A DNA stretch of 63,919 nt, filler included, from Chiloscyllium plagiosum (GCF_004010195.1; 5 parts of one record of this genome joined end to end with filler, not necessarily neighbours in it), one strand, 5' to 3'; counted from the first letter of the whole stretch, positions 38,391 through 51,455 are shown. The notes: generated by a model not told the origin, from the sequence alone. Program-made: numbers and translations.

Positions 38391-39821
38391 TGAGTTGAGA
38401 ACTCTAGCAACCCATTTCTCATTGAGGATTGATCCACATTATAAAGTCGCTTCTAGTTATTATTAAATCAACTTGCTGAGATACATGTTGTGTGCGGCTG
38501 GTGGGATTTGAATCTGGATTACCTCGGATTTGAATCTGGACCTTCTGACCCAAGGTAAAGACACTGTCATTGTGCCACATGAGCAGTAATAAAATAATTA
38601 CTGGATGCTTTTAATCAAGTTGTTCAAACGTGTGATGCAGCTAGGACCTAAACTCAAGCCTGCTAGCTCAAAGTTAAGGAGACTGCCACTGTATCATGAG
38701 GTCCTTATAAACCTGTCACTAACCTAACATTAATTACAATCACATTCAAAGAAGCAACATGCATGATTAGTGAAGAAATTGAATTGCTGCATTGTTGAGA
38801 TTAGAGTTAATGCACTTTGTCAGTGAAATCTTGTATGGCACTTGCCCTTCAATGCTGAAAAATGACGATATTCCTCACCGTTGACTGAATCCCACCTTAA
38901 CCATCAACCCCAGACACCTTAACCATCAACCCCAGTACCTTACACTACTCTCACTGCCATGTCTCATCACCTCCTAGAAGGCTGTAAGTTGAAGGATAAT
39001 TGGTCAGGCTCCTGATGAGGTAAGGTGCCTTGTTAGGAGGGAATATTGACTTCAGAAGTATAATGCTATCTTCACCCCATCCCTATCAATGCTGCACATT
39101 GGCTGAGGGAGGCTTGGAAATCCAGTCAATAAAACTGCTTGGTGACAGAAAGGAAATGTCTGAAATATTATTTCTAAAATTACAGAAAGGAAGAGGAATT
39201 TAAGTTGGAAGCTGATACTCCCAGCCACTGATGTCTGAAATTTTAAACCAATGCTTTACAAGTCAAGATAAGAATCAAAAGAGGAATTGGAGTGTCATAT
39301 TTCCAATAATTTAGGTCTAGCTGTTCCTGCAGTGGTGAATGCCCCCAATTAGATTCATAATTAGTAATTGATTGTGTAGTCAGGGGAATAGACACTGTTC
39401 TCTGTGGCCAAGATTGCGAGTCCCAATGACTGTGTTGCCTGCCTGGTGCTGGCACTGCAGAAGAACTTGGTGTTGGCAGCGGGGGGGGGGGGAAGATCTA
39501 GTTGTGGTGGTCTGTGTAGGTACCAATGACATAGGTAGAATGAGATGTGAGGTTCTGCAAAGGTAACGTGTGCAGCTAGGGGCTAAGTTAGAAAGCAGAA
39601 CCAAAAAGACAATAATCTTTGGAACACGACCTGATCCAGGAGCTATGTGATCAAATTCATGGGACATTGGTACCAGTACGGGGCAAAGAGAGGGCTGTTC
39701 CAATTGGATGGTCTCCATCTGAATTATACTGGGATCAAAGTCCTGGCAAATTGTATAACTAAGGCTATGGATAGGGTTTTAAACTGAATACGGGTGGAAG
39801 GGGGAGTGGGTGGTGGTGAAG

Positions 39822-40036
39822 AAAGTTGGAAGTTGCATGATACCAGGTTATAGTCCAACAGGTTCATTTGAAATCACAAGCTTTCGGTCACCTGGTGACA
39901 TGACGAAGGGGCCTGATGAAGGAGTAGTGCTCCAAAAGCTTGTGATTTCAAATAAACCTGTTGGACTATAACCTGGTGTCATATGACTTCTGACATTGTC
40001 CATCCCAGTCCAACACCAGCATCTCCACATCATGAG
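39822..40036. mobile_element. Fold-back Penelope terminal-repeat insertion (family B) with hammerhead motif
   Basis: 39830-39887 is inverted relative to 39931-39990; contains cctgatgaaggagtagtgctccaaaagct; putative TSD ggtggtgaag at 39812-39821 and 40037-40046. Confidence 0.75.
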
Positions 40037-40289
40037 GGTGGTGAAGGTAGTGACTTTGGTTGCATGGAAAATTAGGAAGTCAAAGATAAAGGAGAAGGTA
40101 GGATTACAGATTAGTGATTGGGCTAATTGATGCCAGAAAAGAAAAGGAAGGGACAGAGTGTGTGAATATCATACTACAATCAGGAAACATACAAGTGGAG
40201 GGAAATTTGAGAATAGAACAAAATTAGAGGCTTTGTATCTTAATGCACGGAGCATTTGGAATAAAGTAGATGAATTGATGGGGCATATT

Positions 40290-40930
40290 GTGGGTTCAGC
40301 CTGAACATGTGCTCCTGGCCTCAGTGTGGACTTGGACCCCTGCCTCCAGGTGAAGTCCAGCACAGTCTGGTTGGGAAGGGCTGTTATTCTGAACTCTTAT
40401 TTCTCTATTTTTCTAACCTATTGTGGACTTCTTATTTCTTTATTCTTCTAATTTTTTCCTGAATAATTTGTACTTAAGAATCTGTACCCAGGTAACGTGG
40501 GACCTAAAATGGTGCAGTAAGTGGCGACTTGTAAACTTTCCACTGTACTCGTGAGTGGCACTTTGTGGGCGGCACGGTGGCACAGTGGTTAGCACTGCTG
40601 CCTCACAGCGCCAGAGACCCGGGTTCAATTCCCGCCTCAGGCGACTGACTGTGTGGAGTTTGCATGTTCTCCCCGTGTCTGCATGGGTTTCCTCCGGATG
40701 CTCCGGTTTCCTCCCATAGTCCAAAGATGTGCAGGTCAGGTGAATTGGCTATACTAAATTGCCTGTAGTGTTAGGTAAGGGGTAAATTAGGGGTATGGGT
40801 GGGTTGCGCTTCGGCGGGTCGGTGTGGACTTGTTGGGCCGAAGGGCCTGTTTCCACACTGTAATGTAATCTAAAAAAACTAATCTAATCTAAAAAAACGT
40901 GACAATAAAGGTAATTCTAACTCTAATTCT
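40290..40930 (+). mobile_element. 5'-truncated copy of the composite Rex1/Babar-tailed element, with nested SINE
   Basis: cttaagaatctgtacccaggta...aaatggtgc...cactgtactc...gtgacaataaag is homologous to the reverse complement of 11690-11850. Confidence 0.6.
40565..40891 (+). mobile_element. HE1-type SINE, young full-length copy
   Basis: gggcggcacggtggcacagtggttagc...ccgggttcaattcccg; intact A and B boxes, CpGs retained. Confidence 0.95.
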
Positions 40931-41596
40931 GATGCTTAATGAATGGGATTTCATAGGTATTATGGAAACATGTTTACAAGAAGATCAAAACCTGGAACTT
41001 GACATTCGGGGATACTTGAACCTTTGGGTGGACAAGAGTGATAGAAAGGGTGGTGGGGTAGCACTGTTAATAAGAGATGAAATGAGGACATTTGTAAGAG
41101 ATGATCTAGGCTTGGATAACTTAGAATCTATTTAGTTGAAGGTAAATAACAACAAGAGAAAGAAGATACTGGTAGGGGTAATATACCCAAACAATAGCCA
41201 TCCTATAAATAACCAACTAATAGAAGCATGTAAGAAGAGTAGAGCAATAATTATGGATGACTTTAATTTTCATGTTGATTGCGTTAATCAAAGTGGAAAG
41301 GGTAGCTGTGGCAACAAATTCAAAGAGTGCATTAGGCACTGTTTCCTGGAGCAATATGTCATGTAACCAACCAATGAGCAGGCTATCTTGGATCTAATAA
41401 TGGCTGATGGGACAGGTTTAATAAATGACTTCAGAGTAAACGATCGCTGAGGAATTAACGATTGAAAGATGATAGAATTTCATATTCAGTTTGAGTTAGT
41501 AAAACATGAGTTCAGAAATAACTATGTTTAACTTAAATAAAGGGAGGTACAATGAAATAAGAATACAGTTCGCTCAACTGGACTTGGTGGACAGAT

Positions 41597-41735
41597 GTCA
41601 AAAAGTGTGGTGCTAGAAAAGCACAGCTGGTCAGGCAGCATTCTAGGAACAGGAGATGCTGCCTGACCTGCTGTGCTTTTCCAGTCCCACATGTTTTGAC
41701 TCTGACCTCCAGCACCTGCAGTCCTCACTTTCTCT
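41597..41735. mobile_element. Fold-back Penelope terminal-repeat fragment (family A)
   Basis: aaaagcacagctggtcaggcagcat followed by atgctgcctgacctgctgtgcttttcc. Confidence 0.75.
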
Positions 41736-42061
41736 TGGCGAATAGATGAGCAGGAATAACAGGAAGCAAGTAGTGACAGACGTTTATAGAGGTAATTCAT
41801 GATTCTCAGCAAAAACATATCCCAGTAAGGAGGAAAGATTCTAAGAGAATGATAAGCTAACTATGGCTAATCATGGAAGTTAAGGACGGTATTGTGTTGT
41901 GACAGGAAGCAACCAAGGAGGCCAAAGTCAATGATAGTCCTGAAGACTGGGATCATTTAGAGTCCAGCAAAGGACAACAATAAAAAGATAACAAAAAGAG
42001 AGAAAATAACTCTAAGGGCAAATTGGGAGAATATACACACTGACAATAAGAGCTTTTTTTT

Positions 42062-43803
42062 AGACAATAGACAATAGGTGCAGGAGTAGGCCATTCTGCC
42101 CTTCGAGCCTGCACCATCATTCAATATGATCATGGCTGATCATCCTTAATCAGTATCCTGTTCCTGCCTTATCTCCATAACCCTTGATTCCACTATCCTT
42201 GAGAGCTCTATCCAACTCTTTCTTAAATGAATCCAGAGACTGGGCCTCCACTGCCCTCTGGGGCAGAGCATTCCACACAGCCACCACTCTCTGGGTAAAG
42301 AGGTTTCTCCTCATCTCTGTCCTAAATGGTCTACCCCGTATTTTTAAGCTGTGTCCTCTGTTTCGGCACTCACCCCGCAGCGGAAACATGTTGCCTGCCG
42401 CCAGAGTGTCCAATCCTTTGATCATCTTATATGTCTCAACCAGATCCCCTCTCAGTCTTCTAAACTCAAGGGTACACAAGCCCAGTCGCTCCAGTCTTTC
42501 AGCATAAGGTAGTCCCGCCATTCCAGGAATTGACCTCGTGAACCTACGCTGCATTCCCTCAATAGCCAGAATGTCTCTCCTCAAATTTGGAGACCAGAAC
42601 TGCACACAATACTCCAGGTGTGGTCTCACCAGGGCCCTGTACAGCTGCAGAAGGACCTCTTTGCCTCTATACTCAANNNNNNNNNNNNNNNNNNNNNNNN
42701 NNNNNNNNNNNNNNNNNNNNTTAATTAATTAANNNNNNNNNNNNNNNNNNNNNNNNNNNNNNNNNNNNNNNNNNNNCGAACTATCGAGTCCCCAATTAGT
42801 ACTGCTCTGCTCTTCTTCACCCTTCCCTTCTGAGTAACGGGGACAGGCTCCGTGCCAGAGACCTGAGCCCCGTTACTTACCCCTGGTAAGTCATCCCCCC
42901 CACAAGTATCCAAAACGGTATACTTGTTCTTGAGGGGAATGGCTGCAGGGGGTCCCTGCACTGGCTGCTTCCTCCCAGTCCCCCTCACTGTCACCCATCT
43001 ATCTGCCATCTTTGGAGTTACTATTTCCCTATAACTCTGATCTATGACCCCCTCTGCCTCCCGAATGATCCTAAGTTCATCCAACTCCAGCTCCAGTTCC
43101 CTAACACGGTCTTGGAGGAGCTGGAGATGGGTGCACTTCCTGCAAGTGTAATCGGCAGGGATGTCGATGGCATCCCTCACCTCATACATGTTGCAGGAGG
43201 AACATTGCACTGCCTTCACTGTCATCCCTCTAAAGCTAACTTTTATTTAAAAAAAAAACTGGGTCTAAAGCATACAACAAGCAAAATTCAGCACTTACCT
43301 ACTTACCACAACAGGTGTTATTATTAGGTTAGAGGAGGAGGGCGGGTGGGGGGCACTACCCGTGTAGTGCCTCGGGTTCCTCTCCTTCGCGCTTTTAAAG
43401 GGGGGAAAAAACTTACCCAGGTAAGCTTACACTAACTGCTTCCGGGTCTCGGCTGCCCTTCTGGTCGTCGTCACTTCCCCCTGGTGCTCCCGCTCTTTCT
43501 GTGAAGAGAGAGTGAAAGAGAAAAAAAAACACCGCTGCCCGCTACCGGTAAGCACTTTTAAAACCAAACGGTCTTATCTTCGCTGCTGCTCGCACTGGAA
43601 ATGACCGACGGCTTCGAAGGGTGAGTATAAATACTCACCGCTTTCCTTCCCGGCTGCCCCTCTGGTCGTCGTCACTTCCCCCTGGTGCTCCCGCTCTTTC
43701 TGTGAAGAGAGAGTGAAAGAGAAAAAAAAACACCGCTGCCCGCTACCGGTAAGCACTTTTAAAACCAAACGGTCTTACCTTCGCTGCTGCTCGCACTGGA
43801 AAT
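42062..43803 (-). mobile_element. Young, probably full-length CR1 LINE (middle lost in a gap): 5' UTR, ORF1 start, ORF2 end
   Basis: ORF1 from 43225 to the gap: MTVKAVQCSSCNM...CRKCTHLQLLQDRVRELELEL (zinc finger plus leucine zipper)...AVLIGDSIV (SGNH/GDSL esterase). Uninterrupted ORF2 C-terminus 42150-42675; (ctattgt)n tail. Linkage across the gap is assumed. Confidence 0.88.
43451..43803. repeat. Tandem duplication (period about 200 bp) in the CR1 5' UTR
   Basis: cggctgccc...cgctgctgctcgcactggaaat at about 43451-43603 and 43651-43803, nearly identical. Confidence 0.92.
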
Positions 43804-43804
43804 C

Positions 43805-44600
43805 TTCTCATTGTCATTCGTTTATCCAGTGTGCTTGAACTTTGATTGCTAGCCCTTTCCATGCGCTCTGTCCTATTTGTGCCTGTGCTGGAGATTTTAA
43901 TAACCTCTCCTGAATTCTGCACTCTTACATCCTCCCTTAATTCAGGTTTTCTAATTTCTCCTATAACTTAGACCCCCCCCCCCCCTCCAATTTAACTTGA
44001 AGCCCTGTCTGCAGCCCTCGTTATGTGATTCACTGGAACCTCATAGCGCCAGAGACCCGGTTTCAATTCCCGCCTCGGGCAACTGTCCATGTGGAGTTTG
44101 CACATTCTCCCTGTGTCTGCGTGGGTTTCCTCTGGGTGCTCCAGTTTCCTCCCACAGTCCAAAGATATGCAGGTTAGGTGAATTGGCCATGTTAAATTGC
44201 CCGTAGTGTTAGGTGAAGGGGTAAATGTAGGGGAATGGGTCTGGGTGGGTTGGTCTTCGGAGGGTCGGTGTGGACTTGTTGGGCTGAAGGACCTGTTTCC
44301 ACACTGTAAGTAATCTAAGTAATCTAAATCTAATCTAAGACCCTGGTCCCAGCATGGTTCAGATGAAGACCGTCCCATCAGAACAGGTCCCTTCTTCCCC
44401 AGTACTGTTGCCAATGTCCCATGAATTCAAACCCATTTCTCCCATACCAATATTTGAGCCACACATTTACCTGCTTATTCTTACTGACCCTGTGCCAATT
44501 AGCTCATGGCATAGGTAGTAATCCAGAGATTATTAGCTTTTTGCTTCTGCTTTTTAATTTAACTCCTAGCTGTTCATACTCCCCTAGCAGAACTGCAACC
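43805..44600 (-). mobile_element. CR1 ORF1 3' fragment with nested HE1-type SINE (44040-44337, + strand)
   Basis: ccatcagaacaggtccc...cccagtactgttgccaatgtcccatgaa matches the CR1 esterase end; the SINE has a B box and (taatc)n tail. Confidence 0.75.
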
Positions 44601-44792
44601 CAAGTTTTATCATGGGAGCACCACTACCTGCAAGTTCCGCTCCAAACCACTCACTATCCTGACTTGGAAATATATCACTGTTCCTTCACTATCACTCAAT
44701 CAAAATCTTGGAATTTCTTCCCTCAAGGCTTTGGGAGTGAACCTACAGCATATTTGACTGCAGCAGTTCAAGAAGACAGCTCACCATCATCG

Positions 44793-45121
44793 TAGAATCC
44801 CTATAGAGTGGAAACAGGCCATTTGGCCCAACAACTCCACTCTGACCCTGTGAAGAGTAAACCATCCAACACCATTCACCTACATTTACCCCTGACTAAT
44901 GCAAATCAGTTACACATCCCTGAACAATATGGGTAATTTAGCATAACAACCTAACCCAACCTAACCTGCATAGTCACCTAAACTGCACATCTTTGGACTG
45001 TGGGAGAAAACCCATACAGACATGGGAAGAATGTAGAAACTCCACACAGACAGTCACCCGAGGCTGGAATCAAACCTGGGTCCCTGGCACTGTGAGGCAG
45101 CAGTGCTAACCACTAAGCCAC
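44793..45121 (-). mobile_element. HE1-type SINE inserted in an L2-like tail (44615-45200)
   Basis: tagaatccct...catctttggactgtggg...gcagcagtgctaaccac. Confidence 0.85.
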
Positions 45122-45323
45122 CCCATCACTTTCACAAGGACAATGAAGGATGGGCAATAAATGCTGGCCCAGCCAGAGACACCCACATCACGAGTCAATA
45201 AAACAAATTATAATTCATCTGCCATGCATTTGGCCATACACTCAACCTGTCCAAATCAAACTGAAGCACAGTAAAAGGCTGTACAGTTGGATTTGCATTT
45301 TCAGGCAAACCAGGATCTCAAAA

Positions 45324-45667
45324 CAGGTAGATTTTATCTGAAATCCCGAAATCCAAAAATCTTCAAAGTCCGAAAGTTTTTTTGTGAAGTTTTTTTTCTC
45401 ATTAACAAGGTTGTTTGGCGTGTAAACAGTTAACCCAAGTCAATACCCACCTGATGCGTATCACTCAGATGCGACATGTGGGGTGCGGCCCTTAACTGGC
45501 AGGCCTCAATTTTGTTTCAGGGCCCGTTTTACTCACAGTAAGTCTGTTCTTTGGAAAGATTTTTTAAAAATTCACCATCAAACTGCCACTTATTCTGAAA
45601 TGCAAAATATTCTGAATTCCGAAAACCAGCTGGTCCCAAGCATTTCGGATAAAGGATTATGCACCTG
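45324..45667. mobile_element. Tigger/pogo-like MITE (MER46/Tigger4-type TIR)
   Basis: Right end reverse-complements to caggtgcataatcctttatccgaaatgcttgggacc followed by TA; left end caggtagattttatctgaaatc; internal tccgaaa subrepeats. Confidence 0.65.
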
Positions 45668-46047
45668 TACAATCATCAAAAACAGGTTGTGGATGGCAAG
45701 GAACTGTTTCATATGTGTACCCAAAGCTTAGAGAGCATGTTTAGAAAATGCATTACGAAAACTCTACATTGGACAGAGAATAATAGGTTAAAGTTTAAAA
45801 TTGTGAGTCATAATATGATAGATTGGAACAAATTAATGTGATATCATGATCAAAACAGTGAAGGAAAAGACTGGAAAATCTTTTATTTTTACATAGCTAG
45901 CTGTTAGGACATGAAGTGCCCAAATTAGGAAAAATGGCAGAAATTAAAACTGGTGATAGTGGGCAGCACACTGGCTGGAGAAACCTGGATGGCTTTTCTT
46001 ACGAAGATGCAACGCAATTTCAAGGCAGTAGACACATAGCTAAACAG

Positions 46048-46927
46048 TGTGACGATGCTGGGGTTTAAGTGGTCTGCTATGTCCTAGTTTTCTTCAGAGA
46101 GAGTTTAGGGGACAGGTGATTGAGAAGATTTACAACTTGGGAGGCCTGGATGGGTGTGGCCAGATCTCACAAACCAGGATTTCTAGTTTTTTTTCAGTAT
46201 TTTAGCTTTTAGATTCAGCAGTTGCTATTGGAGTCTCAATAGGCTTGGAGCTGCAATAAGTGACTCCTGGCAGAGACTCTCTCTGAATTTTCTCTTGATG
46301 TTTTTTCTTCTGTTTTTTTTTAGATTAGATTAGATACCCTGCAGTGTAAAAACAGGCCCTTCAGCCCAACAACTCCACACCAACCTACCCAGACCCATTT
46401 CCTTCTGACTAATGCAGCTAACCCTATGGGCAATTTAGCATGGCCAATTCACCTGACCTGCACATCTTTCAACTGTGGGAGGAAACCGGAGCACCTGGAG
46501 AATGTGCAAACTCCACACAGATAGTCACCCAAGGTTGGAATCAAACCTGGGACGCTGGTGCTGTGAGGCAGCAGTGCTAACCACTGAGCCACTGTGCCGT
46601 TTGCAAGAGAAATCTATTTTCTGAATTTTGCCAAGGAATGTATTTATGGGACATTACTATACTGGAACAGTTAATTAGTAATAGTTACTGTATTTATTAT
46701 TCGGTTAAGTTTTCCAATAGAGTTAAGTTAATTTAAGTTCTTTTTTCTTTTGTTGTATTTTAACTACAGTATTTAAATAAATTTTGCTTAATGCTGCATA
46801 AGTTGACGAGTCGAATTGCATCTCGAACACAGCACTTTACATTTGTCTTTAAAATACGCAAAATTAGGGTCCACGCTACCTTCTTAAAATATTTTGAGGG
46901 AGTCTGGTCCAGCCTGATCTATACAAC
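46048..46927 (+). mobile_element. Possible solo LTR with nested HE1-type SINE (46321-46599, - strand)
   Basis: tgtgacg start, AATAAA near 46776, ...gagtctggtcc...aca end. The SINE is clear; the LTR is tentative. Confidence 0.45.
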
Positions 46928-47479
46928 GACATCAGGATTCCCATTAGATTAAATCCCAGGCAGGGTGGGCTCCTAAGAACTGCAGCCCCTTTGGAAGCCT
47001 GCAGCCCCCTAATAGCTGCAGTGCCACTGGGAGAAGTGGTCACTGCTGGTACTGCATCCAGGGATGGACACTGAAGAGAAGTGTGTGTAGTCAAGGATGC
47101 TGGCAGCAAGAAAGGGGCAGAGGGGAGGTTGGGGTTTTGAAAGGAAAGGCAAAGGTCTGACACTACTGCAAATCCAATTCCATCCCATGTTCCTAGATCA
47201 GGTGAGTAGTTTGATGTGCTCCCTCAAGTGATGGGTTTCCTATCTGCAGCTGGCAGTGGGATGAAGTCTGAAGTGGGCCTTGCGTGGTTACTGCACCCCC
47301 TTCCTGTCCACAGCTTGATCAGGAGGGAGTCAGGAAGGCAGCAAATCACAGTAAACCCTTGTGGTTGTTCAAATGGCCCCAATACCATCAATCCCATTTC
47401 CTGCAGGGGCAATAAATTCTGCCCAGTATTTACTGTACAACCCATGATAGCTTCAAAATGGACTATGGATAATGACAGC

Positions 47480-48420
47480 ATTGAGAAAAGGCATTGAGAA
47501 AGGTAAAGCAGATAAAAGCAGATGTCCAAAAGAGTAGCCAGATATGTGGTGATGCATTTTGGAAGGAAGAATGTGAAGAAATAAAACAAACTATAGATAT
47601 TTTCAAATCAACTAGCTTAAAGATACTCTGACATACTTCTGGAACAGGTGGGACTTGAACCTGAGATACCTAGCTTAGAAGTAGGGACGCTATCACTGCA
47701 GCCCAACAGCCCCTTTAAAGTAAGCTGCATGCTGAAATTTTAAGTGGGAGGGGTTTGATGGACAACAGTCTGGTATACCAAGATCTTTGAAGGTGTTGGC
47801 AGAAATGGCAAAACTATTAAAAAATTGTAATCTGCTGCATTATATATAGAGTCTTGGAGAACAAGAATGAAATGAATTAAAACTTTAATGAGCTTTTGGT
47901 TTAGGGTTTAGCAAGATTATTGTATCGAAATACTGAACACCAAAACGTATGAATGATGTTAGATCCTTGCAGAAGGGTATGGAAATGATTTGCCAGAATT
48001 ATTTCAGGTATAAAGTATTTTGGTGAATGAAGAGACTTGAGAAATTTTGATTATTCTCTTTCTTGCAGAGAGTTTTAACATGATTTAATTGAGACACTCA
48101 AAATTATGAGAGTATATAGAGAGAAACTATTTGCACTGCTGGCCCATATTCAGGGAATATCAATTCAAGATAATTGGCAAATGACCTGGAGTGGAGATAC
48201 AATATTTTTTCCATTAAGTTATGACACAAGAATGCAGTGATACTGGAAGCAGCAAAAATAGCAACTTGCAAAGGGGAATGAAATAATAACTTAAAAAGGC
48301 AACAACAGTGGAACTTTCAAAAAAAGATGAGGTTGGGGGTTTAATCAAATAGCGTTTTTAATGAGCTATACAGACCCAATGACCCTGAAATGCCTCCTAC
48401 TATGTTCTGAGGATTTTTGA
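47480..48420 (+). mobile_element. Highly decayed CR1 3' portion
   Basis: gtgatgcattttggaaggaagaat, tcaaaattatgaga and aatgcctcctactatg remnants. Confidence 0.55.
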
Positions 48421-48650
48421 TCGTCGGTTTGGTCTCTGTCCTCCTGTAAAATTCAGTGTTTCAAGTGGATAGTCACCAGTTGAAAAATTTCAAGCTAGTT
48501 TTCTGCATTGATTTAGCAGTTCATATATTTTACTAAATAGCTCAGCTGGTTTCCCTGTCGAAGGCAATAATTTCATGTGCTCTTTTGATTTGTTGGGTGA
48601 TTTATTGATTTGGGAACATGTAATTCAAAACAGGACCTTTCATGTTTCAG

Positions 48651-48835
48651 GTGACACCAAGTTGCATTCCATCAGTAGTCACACCTCAGTGACACTGGGG
48701 AGTCTGCTGGACGATCAGCACTGGCACTCCATTACCATCGAACGCTACAACAAGCAAGTGAACTTTACTGTGGATCAGCACACACAGCACTTTCGAACCA
48801 AAGGAGATTTCGATTATCTGGATATTGATTACGAG
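48651..48835 (+). CDS. CNTNAP5: Internal coding exon of a contactin-associated protein-like gene (CNTNAP3/4/5 clade, CNTNAP5-like), laminin-G domain; equivalent to exon 6
   Basis: Acceptor ...catgtttcag|GT GAC and donor TACGAG|gtgag. 185 bp, phase 1 to 0. Encodes (G)[73 protein letters not shown]...KQVNFTVD is characteristic of Caspr-family LamG1. Paralog assignment is less certain than the family call. Confidence 0.88.
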
Positions 48836-49284
48836 GTGAGACTTGTAACTGACAAAAAGAAGAGTCAAACTTTGGAAAGACCTGTTTCAATGCTTGATTC
48901 CTTTTGCAGGTCAGATCATAGCAAAAATTCCCATTAATAAATCGGGTAAAGATTTCCGGGGAAATAATACACCCAGAGAGTGGTCAGAATATGAAATTCT
49001 TTTTCACAAGGAGTCACTGAAAAAAGAAGAATTGATTTATTTAAGAGGAAGCAAAATAAGAACAGGATGAAGTGATGAATAGAATGACATATTGATGAAG
49101 GTTCAATGAAGGGGGAATGGAAGAAAATTCATGTGGAGCATGCCCAGTAGCATACTGGCACGAGTGACTTACTTCTGAGCTGGAATTAAATGACATTGGT
49201 ATTAGAGTCATTATGGCACAGAGGGAGGGAAATCAGCCTATCGAGTCTGTGTTGACAATCCACTCTATCCTGAAGAGTCAATGG

Positions 49285-49605
49285 CATTGTCATAGTATGG
49301 CTAGTCTATTAATTTAGAAATTCAGTTAATGTTCTGAGGACCTGGGTTCAAATCCTGCAGTGGCTGATGGTGGAACCTGAATTCAATAAAAATTTAGAAT
49401 TAAGAGCTTTATGATGACCTTGAAGCCACTGTTGGAAAAGTCCACCTGGTTCATTGATGTCCTTTAGGGAATGAAACTGAATTCTTACCTGGTCTGGACT
49501 ACATGGCTGAAAACTCACAACAGTGTGGTTGACTCTTAGGTGACTTCTGAACAATTAGAGATGAACAATAATTGCTGGTTTAGCCAGTGACACCTCATAC
49601 TGTTA
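49285..49605 (+). mobile_element. Second SINE family (tRNA head, L2-like tail)
   Basis: B box gggttcaaatcc; core and tail shared with 16795-17075. Confidence 0.72.
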
Positions 49606-51433
49606 ATGAAAATTTTTAAAAAATGTCCCATTTCCCCCACTTTATTCCTGTACGCCGTAACTATACCCCCTCAAATGTCCATCCTACACCCTTTTAAAAT
49701 CATTTATTTCTCTGCTGCCACCACACTCAGTGGGAGCGAGTTCCAAATCAATACCATGTGTTATGGAAGAAGATGTCCCTCACTCCTCCTTTCATCTCTA
49801 GCCCAAAAGGTTAAGTCCCATCGCCGTTGTACCATCAGGTAATGGGAAAATAAATTTCCCTTATTTCCCCAAGTCTCCTATCAAACTTCTCTGCTCCAAC
49901 AAGAACTGCCCCAACTTCTCCAACCTAACCCTGCAGCTAAAATCTCTGAACACTGGGACTGATCAATCTGATCTTTACCCTCTCAAGGAACCTGATATCC
50001 CTTTCAAACATATGGTAACCAGATCTAGACTTAATACTCCTGTGGTGTCCCAATCGATGCTTTGCTACTTAATATTGCAATTTCTTTGTTGTTCAAATAC
50101 AGCCCACTTGTCCTCTACCATCTGTTGGATGTCAAGTGGTTTTTCTTTCACATCAGTATAACTTTAATTGTGAGTCCAGTGAATTTAATTTATGGAAGTA
50201 AGTTGTGTCACCTGGAGGGAATCTTATGCCCCATTGGCTTTATAGCAATTGCAATATCAGAGTTTAAATTAAAGCAGTTATTTTTAAACCTCACTTAAAA
50301 GCCTGCTGACAATAAAAGAGAGACAACGGATTTGGCCAACCATGATGATCAAAAATTCACTTGATATTTCAACAATGAATAATAGATAATTTAAATTTCC
50401 CTCATCCTATGGATGACTTCAGCCTGAAGCTATAACGTTGACCTGTTCTCTGCATATGTCTATCTCATGTGGTCCCACTGTCATACCAGCACTTACAGCA
50501 AAATAATGCTGCTGGAATTGTGAGAAATAAGACTGGGTAAAGAATTTATTATTTTCAATTAGTTCTAAACTAGTTAGTTTTAGTTCAACATACACAGTTA
50601 CAATTAGTTAACATGTACAATTGAAAATAAGCTTTGGCAGTCAGGAAGCACAACAAAACCAGCTCAATATTTCCTGTTTGAGAATTCTGCCACATTTGTT
50701 TAGTATAATTGGAAACCTAACAAATCCTACTTATAGGATCTATTGATGCATTATCTTACATCCTGCCTCCAATTCAATTTACCTCATTCCTGTAGCCTGT
50801 TTGCCACCTGCACCAGAATCACCTGTATCCCAACTTGGTGAGATCCAGTGTATATCAAAAAAGATTCCAGATGCTTATGTTTCTCCTTCCTATCCTGAAC
50901 ACAGGAACTTAAACTAGACTGTGCTTTTGGTATATGCTAGTCTGATTTTTCGTATATGAACATAGATAGGAGCTTGTTGCTCTTCGTCCTCCATGGGGAT
51001 CTGCTGCTTGCTGCCAGCTAATTTCCTCCTGCATCCACAGCAACCAACCACAGGACCTGTCACTCTCAGTAGAAAAGATTCAAATTAGGCACTGATGGTG
51101 CAAAATACTTTCTCAGACCGCAGAACTCTGCAGATGAGGGCTGAGCACACTGATTACACCCCCCCTCCAAATGTTAACCCTCCCTACAGCTACTATCTAT
51201 TGATCTTTGGCTGCCCATACAGCATCCACTTGACCCCTCAAAGAAGGATGGAAGGATTCCCAAGATTGCATTCTCTGCACATCTCTGATTAACTTCGACG
51301 AACCACCCCTAACATGATGGACCAGATGCCGGACTACAGTATTAGCAGCTCCACAACTGTTGATATATGATTCCCCTGAATGCTTGTGCTCACCATGCAG
51401 AACTGACCATTGAACACCAACAAATATAATGAA

Positions 51434-51455
51434 GTGTGTGTGTGTGTGTGTGTGT
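51434..51455. repeat. (GT)n microsatellite
   Basis: About 11 GT units, directly visible. Confidence 0.95.

Larger units (their letters stand above)
39370..42055 (+). mobile_element. Old CR1 (ORF1 esterase end and ORF2 endonuclease) with nested insertions
   Basis: VVVCVGTNDIG, LYLNARSIWNK, IGIMETCL, KGGGVALLI and IIMDDFNF motifs. Confidence 0.8.

Noticed and set aside
38893..38935. Short direct repeat caccttaaccatcaaccccag x2
   Set aside because: Simple two-unit slippage duplication.
40565..40640. tRNA gene
   Set aside because: A and B boxes belong to a SINE head that continues into SINE body and LINE-like tail; many dispersed copies.
48575..48937. Full 120-aa ORF (and 53083-53271) as coding sequence
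   Set aside because: Family similarity is confined to the splice-site-bounded exons; the extensions are intronic.
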